A model generated the notes under the pieces. The model worked only from the letters and a program-made list of their open reading frames with translations. It made no database searches and was not told where the DNA came from. From Candidatus Methylomirabilota bacterium (GTDB lineage Bacteria > Methylomirabilota > Methylomirabilia > Rokubacteriales > CSP1-6), in contig DASYTI010000051.1 in NCBI GenBank assembly GCA_036002485.1, positions 1,304-65,303 on the forward strand: a DNA stretch of 64,000 nt. The letters are read 5' to 3'. Position numbers and translations under genes: made by a program. Below are positions 10,805-19,713 of the stretch, piece after piece (within the stretch, counting starts at the first letter, position 1; each line of letters begins with the position of its first letter).

Positions 10805-11644
10805 ATGAACATCGGCGTGTGCATGTTCTTCACCGACTACGCGATCCGCATCGACGAGCTCGCCCGCGAGGCGGAGGCGCGCGGCTTCGAATCGCTCTGG
10901 GTGCCCGAGCATACCCATATCCCGACGAGTCGCCGGACTCCTTTCCCCGGGGGGACCCAGCTTCCCAAGGAGTACTGGCACACCTTCGATCCCTTCGTCT
11001 CGCTCATGGCTGCCGCCGCCGCGACCAAGCGCCTCCGGATCGGCACGGGCATCTGCCTCGTCATCGAGCGCGACACCATCATCACGGCCAAGGAGGTGGC
11101 GAGCCTCGACGCGCTGTCGGGTGGGCGCTTCGAGTTCGGCATCGGGGGCGGGTGGAACGCCGAGGAGATGGAGAACCACGGCACCGTCTTCGCCGCGCGC
11201 TTCAAGAAGCTGCGCGAGCAGGTGCTGGCCATGAAGGAGATCTGGACCAAGGACGAGCCCGAATTCCACGGAAAGTTCGTCAACTTCGACAAGATCTGGT
11301 CCTGGCCGAAGCCCGCGCAGAAGCCCCACCCGCCCGTGCTCCTGGGGGGCGAGAGCGCGTATACGCTCCAGCGGGTCGTCGACTTCTGCGACGGGTGGTT
11401 TCCGCGCGGCCGGGCCGCCGAGATCATCATGCCCGCCCTCAAGGACCTGGGCGAGCGCGCGGCCAAGGCAGGGCGCGACATGAAGACTATTTCCGTATCG
11501 GTCTTCGGAGCCAAGCCAGACGAGGCGACGCTCGAGACCTATGCGCAGGCGGGCATCACGCGGGCCATCTTGCGGCTGCCCCCGGAGGGTCGGGACACCG
11601 TGCTTCCGCTCCTCGACCAGTGGAGCAAGTTCATCAAGAAGTAG
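10805..11644 (+). CDS. LLM-class F420-dependent oxidoreductase (luciferase-like monooxygenase family)
   Basis: 279 aa; luciferase-like TIM-barrel signatures (WVPEH, FEFGIGGGW); strong AAGGAGG SD. Confidence 0.8.
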   Translation: MNIGVCMFFTDYAIRIDELAREAEARGFESLWVPEHTHIPTSRRTPFPGGTQLPKEYWHTFDPFVSLMAAAAATKRLRIGTGICLVIERDTIITAKEVASLDALSGGRFEFGIGGGWNAEEMENHGTVFAARFKKLREQVLAMKEIWTKDEPEFHGKFVNFDKIWSWPKPAQKPHPPVLLGGESAYTLQRVVDFCDGWFPRGRAAEIIMPALKDLGERAAKAGRDMKTISVSVFGAKPDEATLETYAQAGITRAILRLPPEGRDTVLPLLDQWSKFIKK

Positions 11645-11678
11645 CGCCGACGGGCTTCAGGCGAGGGACCGCGGCCGG

Positions 11679-11835
11679 AAAAAGGAGTCCAGATGCAAGG
11701 CGGCGCCCCGCCGTTCGAGTTACGCTCCCCTGGCGAGCAAAATGTTCCGCTTCGAGCGCCGGCTGCGCCGGCGCAATCGGTTCCGGGGGGAGGGTTCGGA
11801 AGGGGGGCGGAGCCCCCCTCCGAGCTATTTAGAGG
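11679..11835 (+). repeat. interspersed mosaic intergenic repeat, copy C1 (modules A+B) in the convergent gap between LLM and OCD genes
   Basis: Module A (AAAAAGGAGTCCAGATGCAAGGCGGCGCCCCGCCGTTCGAGTT) and module B (ATGTTCCGCTTCGAGCGCCGGCT...GGAAGGGGGGCGGAGCCCCCCTCCGAGCTATTTAG) recur at 14933-15110 (inverted), 41903-42000, 30668-30712 and 44098-44142. Confidence 0.85.
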
Positions 11836-12815
11836 GGCACCTCGTGGCCGACGCCCCGCGCGCGCGCCTCGCGCAGCACGAGGGCGGCGGCGGCCACGTC
11901 CTGCACGGCCACGCCTCCCGACTTGTAGAGCGTGATCTGATCACGGGAGGTACGCCCGGGCTGCCGCCCGGTCACGAGCTCGCCGAGCTCGGCGTGAACG
12001 TGGTCGGCATCGATGAGCCCATCCCGGACGGCCCAGAGCAGATCATTGGCCCCGCTCGGATAGGGAGCAAGGGCGGCCGCTCTCGTCTCCACCACGACGA
12101 GGGCGTCTCGCACGGTGTTCCCGTCGACCTCTCGTCCTTCCCGGTTGAAGCCGACCGAGTTGACGTGCATGCCGGGGGCGAGCCATTCCCGCCGCACCAC
12201 GGGCTCCGCGGCATGCGTGGTCGCCGCCACGATATCCGCCCCCTCCATCGCCTCTTGGTACGAGCCCGCGGCGCGCACCGGGATTTTCAACTCATCTCTG
12301 AGCTCCTCGGCCAGGCGCTCGACGGCGATTCGATTCCGGCTGGCGATACGGATCTCTCGAATGGGCCGCACCCGTGGAATAGCCCGCGCATGGCTTCGGG
12401 CCTGGACGCCGCTGCCCAGCAGGGCCAGCACGGCCGCGTCCGGACGCGCCAGGAGCCGCGTGGCCAGCGCCGAGCCCGCCGCTGTCCGCGCCGCCGTGAT
12501 GTAGATGGCGTCCATGAGGGCGAGGGGGGTGCCGGTGGCGGGATCGAACGCGACGATCACCCCCTGGTGGGTGGGTAGCGCGGAGCCGGCATTGCGTGGG
12601 AAGAGGGAGACGAGCTTGACGGCCAGGGCCTTCGCGGAGGGGAGAAAGGCGGGCATGACCGCCACGATCCCCTCCTGATCGGGCACCAGCGCCGCGATGC
12701 GCTGGGGCATGGAGGCGAGGCCCGCGGTGGCGTCGACCATGGCGGCCGCAATCGCCTCCACGAGGGCATCGAGGTCGAGCAGCTCGCGGACCTGGCCCTT
12801 CGTCAGGATCAGCAT
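11829..12815 (-). CDS. ornithine cyclodeaminase/mu-crystallin family protein
   Basis: 328 aa; Rossmann GSGVQA and overall OCD/mu-crystallin similarity. Confidence 0.8.
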   Translation of the reverse strand: MLILTKGQVRELLDLDALVEAIAAAMVDATAGLASMPQRIAALVPDQEGIVAVMPAFLPSAKALAVKLVSLFPRNAGSALPTHQGVIVAFDPATGTPLALMDAIYITAARTAAGSALATRLLARPDAAVLALLGSGVQARSHARAIPRVRPIREIRIASRNRIAVERLAEELRDELKIPVRAAGSYQEAMEGADIVAATTHAAEPVVRREWLAPGMHVNSVGFNREGREVDGNTVRDALVVVETRAAALAPYPSGANDLLWAVRDGLIDADHVHAELGELVTGRQPGRTSRDQITLYKSGGVAVQDVAAAALVLREARARGVGHEVPL

Positions 12816-12843
12816 GGCGGGCAGGCTCGCCGGGCCGCCCGGC

Positions 12844-14394
12844 TCATACGGGCATGACCCCGTGCTTCTTCCAGGGCCGCTCCACCTTCTTGGTCGCGGC
12901 CATCTCGAGGGCCCTGATGATCACGGGCCGCGTCTCGCGGGGGTCGATGACGTCATCGATGAAGGCGCCGCCCGCCGCGATGTATGGGTTGATGAGCTGG
13001 CGGAACTCCTCGACCCGCCGCGCGCGCTCCTCGTCGGGATTAGCGGCGGCCGCGATCTCCTTGCGGAAGATGATACTGGTGCCGCCCTCGGGGCCCATGA
13101 CCGAGATCTCGGCGGTGGGCCAGGCCACGATGAGGTCCGGCTCGTAGGCCTTGCCGCACATGACGAAGTAGCCCGCGCCATAGGCCTTGCGGATCACCAC
13201 CGTCACCTTGGGCACCGTGGCCTCGCTGACCGCGTAGAGCATCTTGGCGCCGTGGCGGATGATGCCCTGCTTCTCGACCTGGGAGCCGACCATGAAGCCC
13301 GGCACGTCCTGCAGGAACACGAGCGGGATGTGAAAGGCGTCGCACAGCATGATGAAGCGCGCGGCCTTGTCGGCCGAGTCCACATCGAGGGCGCCGCCCA
13401 GGACCATGGGCTGGTTGGCCACCATGCCCACGGGCCGGCCGCCCATGCGGGCCAGGCACGTGATCAGGTTCTTGGCCCAGGCCGGCTTGATCTCGAAGAA
13501 GTGACCGCGGTCCACGATAGCCGCGATCACCTTCTTCATGTCATAGGCGCGGCGGGGGCTGTCGGGCACGATGGAGAGGAGCGCCTCCTCCATCCGGGCC
13601 GCCGGATCGTCGCTGGCCACCACGGGCGGCCGCTCGAGGTTCGAGGTCGGGAAATAGGAGAGGTATTCCTTGATGGCGTCGATGCAGGCCGCGTCATCGG
13701 CCACCTCGAGGTCGGCCACGCCGGAGATCTCCGTGTGGACCCTGGAGCCGCCCAGCTCCTCGGCCGTGATGTCCTCGCCGACCACCGCCTTGACGAGAGG
13801 CGGGCCGCCGAGGGCCATGTGGCTCGTGCCCTTGACCATGGGCACGAAGTCGGAGAGGGCGGGGATATAGGCGGTGCCCGCCGCCCCTGGGCCCATCATG
13901 GCCGCCACCATGGGCACCACACCCGACATGATGGATTCTTCGCGAAAGAGGAACCCGGACTGGGCGAAGGTCGAGCCGATGGCTTCCTGGATGCGCGCGC
14001 CCGCCGAGTCGATGAGCCAGATCATGGGCATTCGCTTGGTGAGCGCGATCTCGCGGGCGCGGTTGCATTTGACCTCGGCCGTGCGCCCCATGGAGCCCGC
14101 CATTACCGTGAAGTCATAGGCGATCAACGAGGCCGGCCGCCCGTTGACCTTGCCGAAGCCCGTGACCACGCCATCCGCCGGCGTCTCCCTGCCCTTCATG
14201 GCGGGCGAGATATTCGCGTGGGTGGCCAGGAGACCGATCTCGAGGAAGGAATCGGGATCGAAGAGCCGCTCGACCCGCTCCCGCACCGTCAACTTGCCGG
14301 AGGCCCGCTGCTGGGCGATGGCCGCGGCGCCGCCCATGGCGAGCGCGCGTTCACGCCGCGCCCGAAGCTCGTCTACGAGCTCCTTCATGCCCAT
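12844..14394 (-). CDS. acyl-CoA carboxylase carboxyltransferase (beta) subunit, propionyl-/methylmalonyl-CoA carboxyltransferase family
   Basis: 516 aa; classic PccB/AccD5-like motifs throughout. Confidence 0.9.
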   Translation of the reverse strand: MGMKELVDELRARRERALAMGGAAAIAQQRASGKLTVRERVERLFDPDSFLEIGLLATHANISPAMKGRETPADGVVTGFGKVNGRPASLIAYDFTVMAGSMGRTAEVKCNRAREIALTKRMPMIWLIDSAGARIQEAIGSTFAQSGFLFREESIMSGVVPMVAAMMGPGAAGTAYIPALSDFVPMVKGTSHMALGGPPLVKAVVGEDITAEELGGSRVHTEISGVADLEVADDAACIDAIKEYLSYFPTSNLERPPVVASDDPAARMEEALLSIVPDSPRRAYDMKKVIAAIVDRGHFFEIKPAWAKNLITCLARMGGRPVGMVANQPMVLGGALDVDSADKAARFIMLCDAFHIPLVFLQDVPGFMVGSQVEKQGIIRHGAKMLYAVSEATVPKVTVVIRKAYGAGYFVMCGKAYEPDLIVAWPTAEISVMGPEGGTSIIFRKEIAAAANPDEERARRVEEFRQLINPYIAAGGAFIDDVIDPRETRPVIIRALEMAATKKVERPWKKHGVMPV

Positions 14395-14409
14395 GCGTCG
14401 TCCGGCCCC

Positions 14410-14928
14410 TCAGGGCTGCAGCTGGCCCGAGGCGATGCGGTAGTAGATGACCATGTCGGTGGACGGCGGTGAGCCCTTGACCATGGTGATCATGGTCGCG
14501 AGCTCGCTCCGGTGGTGGGTGGCATGGTTGACCACGTGCTGCAGGAGCTCCCAGAGGGGCTGGCGGAAGGTCACCTTGCCGTCGAGGCCCGTGTGGACGA
14601 CCACGCGCTGGAGCTCGGAGGGAGTCAGCGCGTCGACGAAGTCGTGCTGCTCGGCCTCGAGGTCATCCCAGCGCTTGCGGAGATCGGCCAGGCTCGCGAA
14701 GTCTCCGTCGCCCAGCAACTTCACCGGCTTCTTTCCCATCCAGCGCTCGAGCCAGATCCTGTCGGCCCCGTGGATGTGCGCGAGCATGCCCTTGAGAGTA
14801 GGAAAGCTAAACTGGGTGCCGAGCTCCCGGGCCGCGATCTCCTCGCCGAGACCCGAGACGATGTCGAAGAGCTTGCGGTTCCCCCACCAGTGATAGTTCC
14901 AGCTGCCCCGCACCAGCTCGAGCTCCAT
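14410..14928 (-). CDS. DinB/YfiT-like (DinB_2) metal-dependent four-helix-bundle protein
   Basis: 172 aa; conserved H...H...HxxHH pattern of the DinB_2 superfamily; GGAGG SD. Confidence 0.65.
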   Translation of the reverse strand: MELELVRGSWNYHWWGNRKLFDIVSGLGEEIAARELGTQFSFPTLKGMLAHIHGADRIWLERWMGKKPVKLLGDGDFASLADLRKRWDDLEAEQHDFVDALTPSELQRVVVHTGLDGKVTFRQPLWELLQHVVNHATHHRSELATMITMVKGSPPSTDMVIYYRIASGQLQP

Positions 14929-14932
14929 GGCG

Positions 14933-15110
14933 GCCTCCTAGTGAGCTCGGAGGGGGCTCCGCCCCCCTTCCGAAAGCTCCCCCGACGCAGTGCGAACCAG
15001 AGGACGTCGCGGGGCAGGGGCCCCGCCGTCCGAGGCGAGCAATCTGAGATTTGCGCCGGCGGAGCTGGCGCTCGAAACGGAACAATGTTGCTCGTGAGGG
15101 CACGGGAATC
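14933..15110 (-). repeat. interspersed mosaic repeat, copy C2 (module B, inverted), inside the carboxylase operon between BCCP and DinB-family genes
   Basis: The reverse complement matches module B of C1 and C3 with an extra central insert. Its TAG end abuts the DinB-family SD (TAGGAGG). Confidence 0.85.
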
Positions 15111-15117
15111 GCCTGGG

Positions 15118-15333
15118 CTAGTCGAGGACGGCGACGGTCTCGCCTTCCTGCACGGTCTGTCCCTCGGCGACCTTGATCTCCTTCACCTTGCCGGCTCTGG
15201 GCGCCTCCACCGGAATCTCCATCTTCATGGACTCCAGCACGATGACGGGGTCGCCGGCCGCCACGGCGTCGCCGACCTTGCTCGTGATCTGGAAGACCAC
15301 GCCCGTGATGTGCGCCTTGACGTCCTCAGGCAT
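15118..15333 (-). CDS. biotin carboxyl carrier protein (stand-alone biotinyl domain, 71 aa)
   Basis: EAMKM-type biotinylation motif (ESMKMEIPV); AAGGAG SD; overlaps accC by 8 nt. Confidence 0.9.
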   Translation of the reverse strand: MPEDVKAHITGVVFQITSKVGDAVAAGDPVIVLESMKMEIPVEAPRAGKVKEIKVAEGQTVQEGETVAVLD

Positions 15334-16669
15334 TGAACGCTCCTTGCTCGACGAGTTGGGTATGCACGCGCCCCTCGCGAAACTCGGCGCTCCGCATGAC
15401 CCGCAGATGGAACGGGATCGCGGTCTTGACGCCCTCGATCACGAAAGCCCCGAGGGCCGCCTCCATGCGGGCCCTCGCCTCCGCCCGCGTGGCGCCCGTG
15501 GCGACCAGCTTGGCCAGCAGCGGGTCGTAGTGTACCGAAACCTGGCAGCCTTCGGCGACCCCGCTTTCGAGCCGGAGGCCGGGGCCCTCGGGCGGCACCC
15601 AGCGGCTGATGAGCCCCGGCGAGGGCATGAAGTTCCGGGCCGGGTCCTCGGCGTATATGCGGCACTCGATGCTCGCGCCGCGCTGGACGATGTCCTCCTG
15701 GCGCCACGACAGGGGTGCTCCGGAGGCGACCTTCAGCTGCTCCTGGACGAGATCGAGCCCCGTCACTTCCTCCGTCACGGGGTGCTCGACCTGCAGCCGG
15801 GTATTCATCTCGAGGAAGTAGAACTCCGCGTCCTCGACGATGAACTCCACGGTGCCCGCATTGGCGTACCCGACCGACCCGGCGCCCGTGAGGGCGGCCG
15901 CGACGAGCCGCTCCTTGAGGCCAGGCGCCAGGTTGGGGGCTGGACTCTCCTCGACCAGCTTCTGGTGCCGGCGCTGGATGGAGCACTCGCGCTCGTGGAG
16001 ATGCACGATCCGTCCGTGGGCGTCACCGAAGATCTGGACTTCGACATGGCGGGGCTGGCTGAGATAGCGCTCGACGAAGAGGGCGGGCGAGCCAAAGGCC
16101 GCCTGGGTCCTGCGCTCCGCCGTCGCGTAGGCGGCGGCGAGGGCGGCCTCCTCGGCCACTCTCACCATGCCGATGCCGCCACCGCCCGCCGCCGCCTTCA
16201 GCATGACCGGGTAGCCGATCTCGAGGGCGATCCGTCGCGCTTCGTCCACGGAGCCGACCGGTCCCTTGCTGCCCGGCACCACGGGAACGCCGGCCCTCAG
16301 CATCTCGCGCCGGGCGCCCACCTTGTCTCCCATGTGCTGGATGACTTGCCAGGGCGGTCCGATCCAGACGAGACCGGCCTCCTCACAGGCCTTGGCGAAG
16401 CGCCAGTTCTCGGAGAGAAAGCCATAGCCCGGATGGATGGCCCGGGCGCCACTCTGGCGGGCGGCCTCCAGGATGCGCTGCGCGTCGAGATAGCTTTCGC
16501 GCGCGGGCGCGGACCCAATGAGCACGGCCTCGTCGGCGTCGGTGACATGCGGCCAGCCGGCATCGGCTTCGGAGTAGACGGCAATAGATCTGACCCCGAG
16601 GGCACGGCAGGCGCGGATCACGCGGCGAGCGATCTCGCCGCGATTGGCGATGAGGACGCTCTCGAGCAC
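15326..16669 (-). CDS. accC: biotin carboxylase subunit of acyl-CoA carboxylase
   Basis: 447 aa; GTG start (VLESVLIANRGEIARR); ATP-grasp biotin carboxylase motifs throughout. Confidence 0.95.
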   Translation of the reverse strand: MLESVLIANRGEIARRVIRACRALGVRSIAVYSEADAGWPHVTDADEAVLIGSAPARESYLDAQRILEAARQSGARAIHPGYGFLSENWRFAKACEEAGLVWIGPPWQVIQHMGDKVGARREMLRAGVPVVPGSKGPVGSVDEARRIALEIGYPVMLKAAAGGGGIGMVRVAEEAALAAAYATAERRTQAAFGSPALFVERYLSQPRHVEVQIFGDAHGRIVHLHERECSIQRRHQKLVEESPAPNLAPGLKERLVAAALTGAGSVGYANAGTVEFIVEDAEFYFLEMNTRLQVEHPVTEEVTGLDLVQEQLKVASGAPLSWRQEDIVQRGASIECRIYAEDPARNFMPSPGLISRWVPPEGPGLRLESGVAEGCQVSVHYDPLLAKLVATGATRAEARARMEAALGAFVIEGVKTAIPFHLRVMRSAEFREGRVHTQLVEQGAFNA

Positions 16670-16671
16670 GC

Positions 16672-17643
16672 TCAGGCGGGCTGGACTTGCTCGATCTTCA
16701 CGACGTCGACGGCCCCGACCCGCCAGCCGCCCGCTTCCTGCTCCCAGCGGGCATTGAGGGTGACCACACTTTCAGGGCCCTCCAGCCGGTACTTCACGAT
16801 CCGATGCCGACCGAGCTTGACGAAAGCCACCGTGCGATGGCTCGCGAAGCGGCCGACCTTGAGGGCCGCCATCACCGTCGCGTGTACCGGCGTGGCGAGA
16901 AAGCCGCCGAGGGCGGTCGCATCCGCGCTGATAAGAGCATCGCCAAGGGAGCGGATGGCGGTCTCGAGGTCTTCTGGAATGGGCCAGCGCGTCTGGGCCC
17001 GCTCGAGCCGGATGAATTCCCGCGCGTCGTCAGAGACCGGCGCGGACGGGCTGGCCGGCAGGCCGACGGCCGGGGGCACCCCCTGCCCGGTCACCCCGCC
17101 CGCGGCTTCGAGCAGACCCTGGAGCCTGGTCTGCCAGGCCGCCGCCCGGGCCTCCCGCTCGGACGACGTGACGAGATGGCGAATGATGGTCTCTCCGGCC
17201 ACGATGTGCCGGCGCTCGTCCTCGATACAGCGGGCGAGGATGCGGCAGGTCGGCGGCTCGTAGACGGGGTTCGCCTTGGCCAAATGCTGCTCGTAGACGC
17301 TCAGGAGGTGGGGCTTGAGCACGCGATAGACGCCGGCCAGACGCTCGATGGTCTGGCCCGGCGCTTCAGGCGCCTCCACGGCGTCCATGAGGGCGACGAA
17401 AGCCGGGGTGGCCGGCTCGGACTCCTGGGCATGCGCGCGCAGCTCGGGCAACCGCTTCCCCCAGGCATCGGCGTGCTGGGCATTGTCCCAGACGTGGCGG
17501 CCGAGGAGGAGCTTGGCGGAGAGCTCGGGGGTAAGGGCGATCCACCCCGCCATGATGCGCATCATCCGCTCCGCGACGTAGCGATAGTTGCGGCAGAGGC
17601 GGGCGGAGTCGTCCGCCGAGAATTGCCCTTCGAGGAGTTCCAC
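16672..17643 (-). CDS. ferritin-like (DUF455-related) domain protein with C-terminal NTF2/SnoaL-like extension
   Basis: 323 aa; N-terminal four-helix-bundle-like region with HVWDNAQHADAWGKRLPEL, paralogous to the downstream gene's QVWDESRHVEIYIRLLEHL; GTG start 7 nt after upstream stop. Confidence 0.55.
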   Translation of the reverse strand: MELLEGQFSADDSARLCRNYRYVAERMMRIMAGWIALTPELSAKLLLGRHVWDNAQHADAWGKRLPELRAHAQESEPATPAFVALMDAVEAPEAPGQTIERLAGVYRVLKPHLLSVYEQHLAKANPVYEPPTCRILARCIEDERRHIVAGETIIRHLVTSSEREARAAAWQTRLQGLLEAAGGVTGQGVPPAVGLPASPSAPVSDDAREFIRLERAQTRWPIPEDLETAIRSLGDALISADATALGGFLATPVHATVMAALKVGRFASHRTVAFVKLGRHRIVKYRLEGPESVVTLNARWEQEAGGWRVGAVDVVKIEQVQPA

Positions 17644-17650
17644 GGTCTGG

Positions 17651-18406
17651 CTAGTAGACCTGCGAGCGCTGGGTCGACTTGATCAGCCGCTCGATCTCTT
17701 CGTCCGTGAAGCCCGCGAGCTTGCGGGCCTCGGTGGCGATGGAGATGGGCACCACCTCGTGGTCCCCGAGCTGACGGGCCCCGCCCAGGTTGAACCGCTC
17801 GTCGATCGTCTCCTGGAACTCGATGGCCTTGCGGCGCCGCTCCGGATCGCCCTCGGTGAGCTTGGTCAGCCACTTCGAGCCCATGCGTACATGGGTGATC
17901 TCGTCGGCGAGGACGAAGTCCACCGCGCGCTCCAGAATGGGATCGCCGATCTTCTTGCCGATATAGACGAGCTGGTTGAACACGTCGCAGGCCAGGCCCT
18001 CGAGACCGCGGTTGACGCCGGCCACGCGGGCCGCGGCGTCTTCCGCGCAGGCGCAGCGCCACAATATGGTCGTCTCGGGGAACTCGCCGATATAGCCGTC
18101 AAGGTGCTCGAGCAGGCGGATGTAGATCTCGACGTGGCGGGACTCGTCCCAGACCTGGCGCGCCATGTCCATGCTGAACTCCCACGGCGCGTCGGGGAAA
18201 TCGTAGACGGTGCGGCCGGCGCCCTCCATGGCCTGCATCTCGCCCACCAGGATGCCGTGGGCCCGCTCCTTGATCGAGTCGCGGCTCGAGAGCTCGGGAA
18301 ACGGGGGCAGGCCCTGGCTGATCTTGCTCTCCGCGACTTCCCGCGCCCGCATGCGAACCATGCGGTCCTCGCGGGCTAGCTTGTCGAACGCGATCTGACG
18401 CTCCAT
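17651..18406 (-). CDS. ferritin-like DUF455-family protein
   Basis: 251 aa from ATG 18406 (MERQIAFDKLA) after GGGGAGAG; the listed ORF is longer. E/H-rich helices typical of di-iron ferritin-like folds. Confidence 0.6.
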   Translation of the reverse strand: MERQIAFDKLAREDRMVRMRAREVAESKISQGLPPFPELSSRDSIKERAHGILVGEMQAMEGAGRTVYDFPDAPWEFSMDMARQVWDESRHVEIYIRLLEHLDGYIGEFPETTILWRCACAEDAAARVAGVNRGLEGLACDVFNQLVYIGKKIGDPILERAVDFVLADEITHVRMGSKWLTKLTEGDPERRRKAIEFQETIDERFNLGGARQLGDHEVVPISIATEARKLAGFTDEEIERLIKSTQRSQVY

Positions 18407-18503
18407 CGCTCTCCCCTGGGTGACCTCATCCCGCTGACTGAACGACTGTTCAGTGAGTCTAGCCGATGCGGAACCTGAAGGCAATCTAGAGCCACGCATC
18501 TTC

Positions 18504-19706
18504 TCACTCGGAGGGCTCGGCCTGCCGGGGCTTCCGCCGTCTCGGGACGAGACTGGCGGGACGGACGGCTTCCTCGCCGAAGCGCGCGGCCAGGTTATCC
18601 ACGGCGCGGGCGAGGCGCTCCGTGCGCGCCACGTTGGGCTCCAGAAGAGAGAGCTGTCCGCGGCCCGCGGATCCCAGCATCGAGACGGAGACGCCGATGA
18701 GCCGGACGGCCTGCGCCAGGCGCACACGGGAGAAGAGCGTCTCGACCCGGCGGTAGATGGCGAGGCCATCCTGGGTCGCGTCACCCGTCTGCGCGCGCGT
18801 GATGGTCGAGAAGTCGGCGAAGCGGAGCTTGAGGGTCACCGTCCGCCCGGCATAGCCGCCGGCTCTGAGCTCGCGGGCCACGCGCTCGCTCTGGCCCCGC
18901 AGCGTCGCGCGAAGGTGCTCGACGTCGCGCGTATCCCGCTCGAAGGTCTCCTCGGCGCCCATGGACTTGGGCGGCGCGGCGGGCTCCACGGGCCGATCGT
19001 CGAGGCCTCGCGCCAGCTGAAGGAGATCGGGCCCGTGCCGGCCGAAGCGCGCGGCCAGGTGGGGGGCGGGCGTCTGAGCGAGCTGGCCGATGGTGAGGAT
19101 GCCCAAGGCGTGAAGCTCGGCTCCCGCGACCTTCCCCACTCCCCAGAGCCTGCCCACGGGCAGCGGTGACAGGAACTCCGCCTCCGTGCCCGGGGCCACC
19201 ACCACGAGCCCATCGGGCTTCTCAAGCTCCGAGGCGACCTTGGCCACGAACTTGTTGGAGGCGACTCCGACGGAGGCCGTGAGCCTCACTCGCGAGGCGA
19301 TCTTCGACTTGATCTGTCGCCCGATGGCCGCGCCGTCACCCCAGAGGGCGCCGCTCGCACTCACGTCCAGGAAGGCCTCGTCGATCGAGAGCGGCTCGAC
19401 GAGCGGAGTGAACTCGGCAAGGATGTCCATGATCTCCGTGGACACGCGGGCATACTTGTCCATGTCCACGGGGAGGTAGGCGCCCTCGGGACACAGCCGG
19501 TAGGCCCGGCTGATCGGCATGGCCGAGTGCACGCCGAAGCGCCGGGCCTCGTACGAGGCCGCGGAGACCACGCCGCGCCCACGCGGGTCCGCGCCGACGA
19601 TGACGGGGAGGCCGCGAAGCTCGGGCCGATCACGCTGCTCCACGGACGCATAGAAGGCGTCCATGTCCACGTGCACGATGGTGCGGGGGTCGGCCCGGTG
19701 GCCCAC
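18504..19706 (-). CDS. dinB: DNA polymerase IV (Y-family)
   Basis: 400 aa; IVHVDMDAFYASVEQRDRPELRGLPVIVG hallmark N-terminus; GTG start, exact start uncertain. Confidence 0.9.
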   Translation of the reverse strand: MGHRADPRTIVHVDMDAFYASVEQRDRPELRGLPVIVGADPRGRGVVSAASYEARRFGVHSAMPISRAYRLCPEGAYLPVDMDKYARVSTEIMDILAEFTPLVEPLSIDEAFLDVSASGALWGDGAAIGRQIKSKIASRVRLTASVGVASNKFVAKVASELEKPDGLVVVAPGTEAEFLSPLPVGRLWGVGKVAGAELHALGILTIGQLAQTPAPHLAARFGRHGPDLLQLARGLDDRPVEPAAPPKSMGAEETFERDTRDVEHLRATLRGQSERVARELRAGGYAGRTVTLKLRFADFSTITRAQTGDATQDGLAIYRRVETLFSRVRLAQAVRLIGVSVSMLGSAGRGQLSLLEPNVARTERLARAVDNLAARFGEEAVRPASLVPRRRKPRQAEPSE

Positions 19707-19713
19707 GGCCCGA

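Noticed and set aside
11693-11935. 80-aa ORF starting at the SD+ATG of repeat module A and running antisense into the OCD gene
   Set aside because: Only the first 21 or so codons are conserved with the other module A copies, which terminate early. The rest is an antisense read-through of a supported gene.
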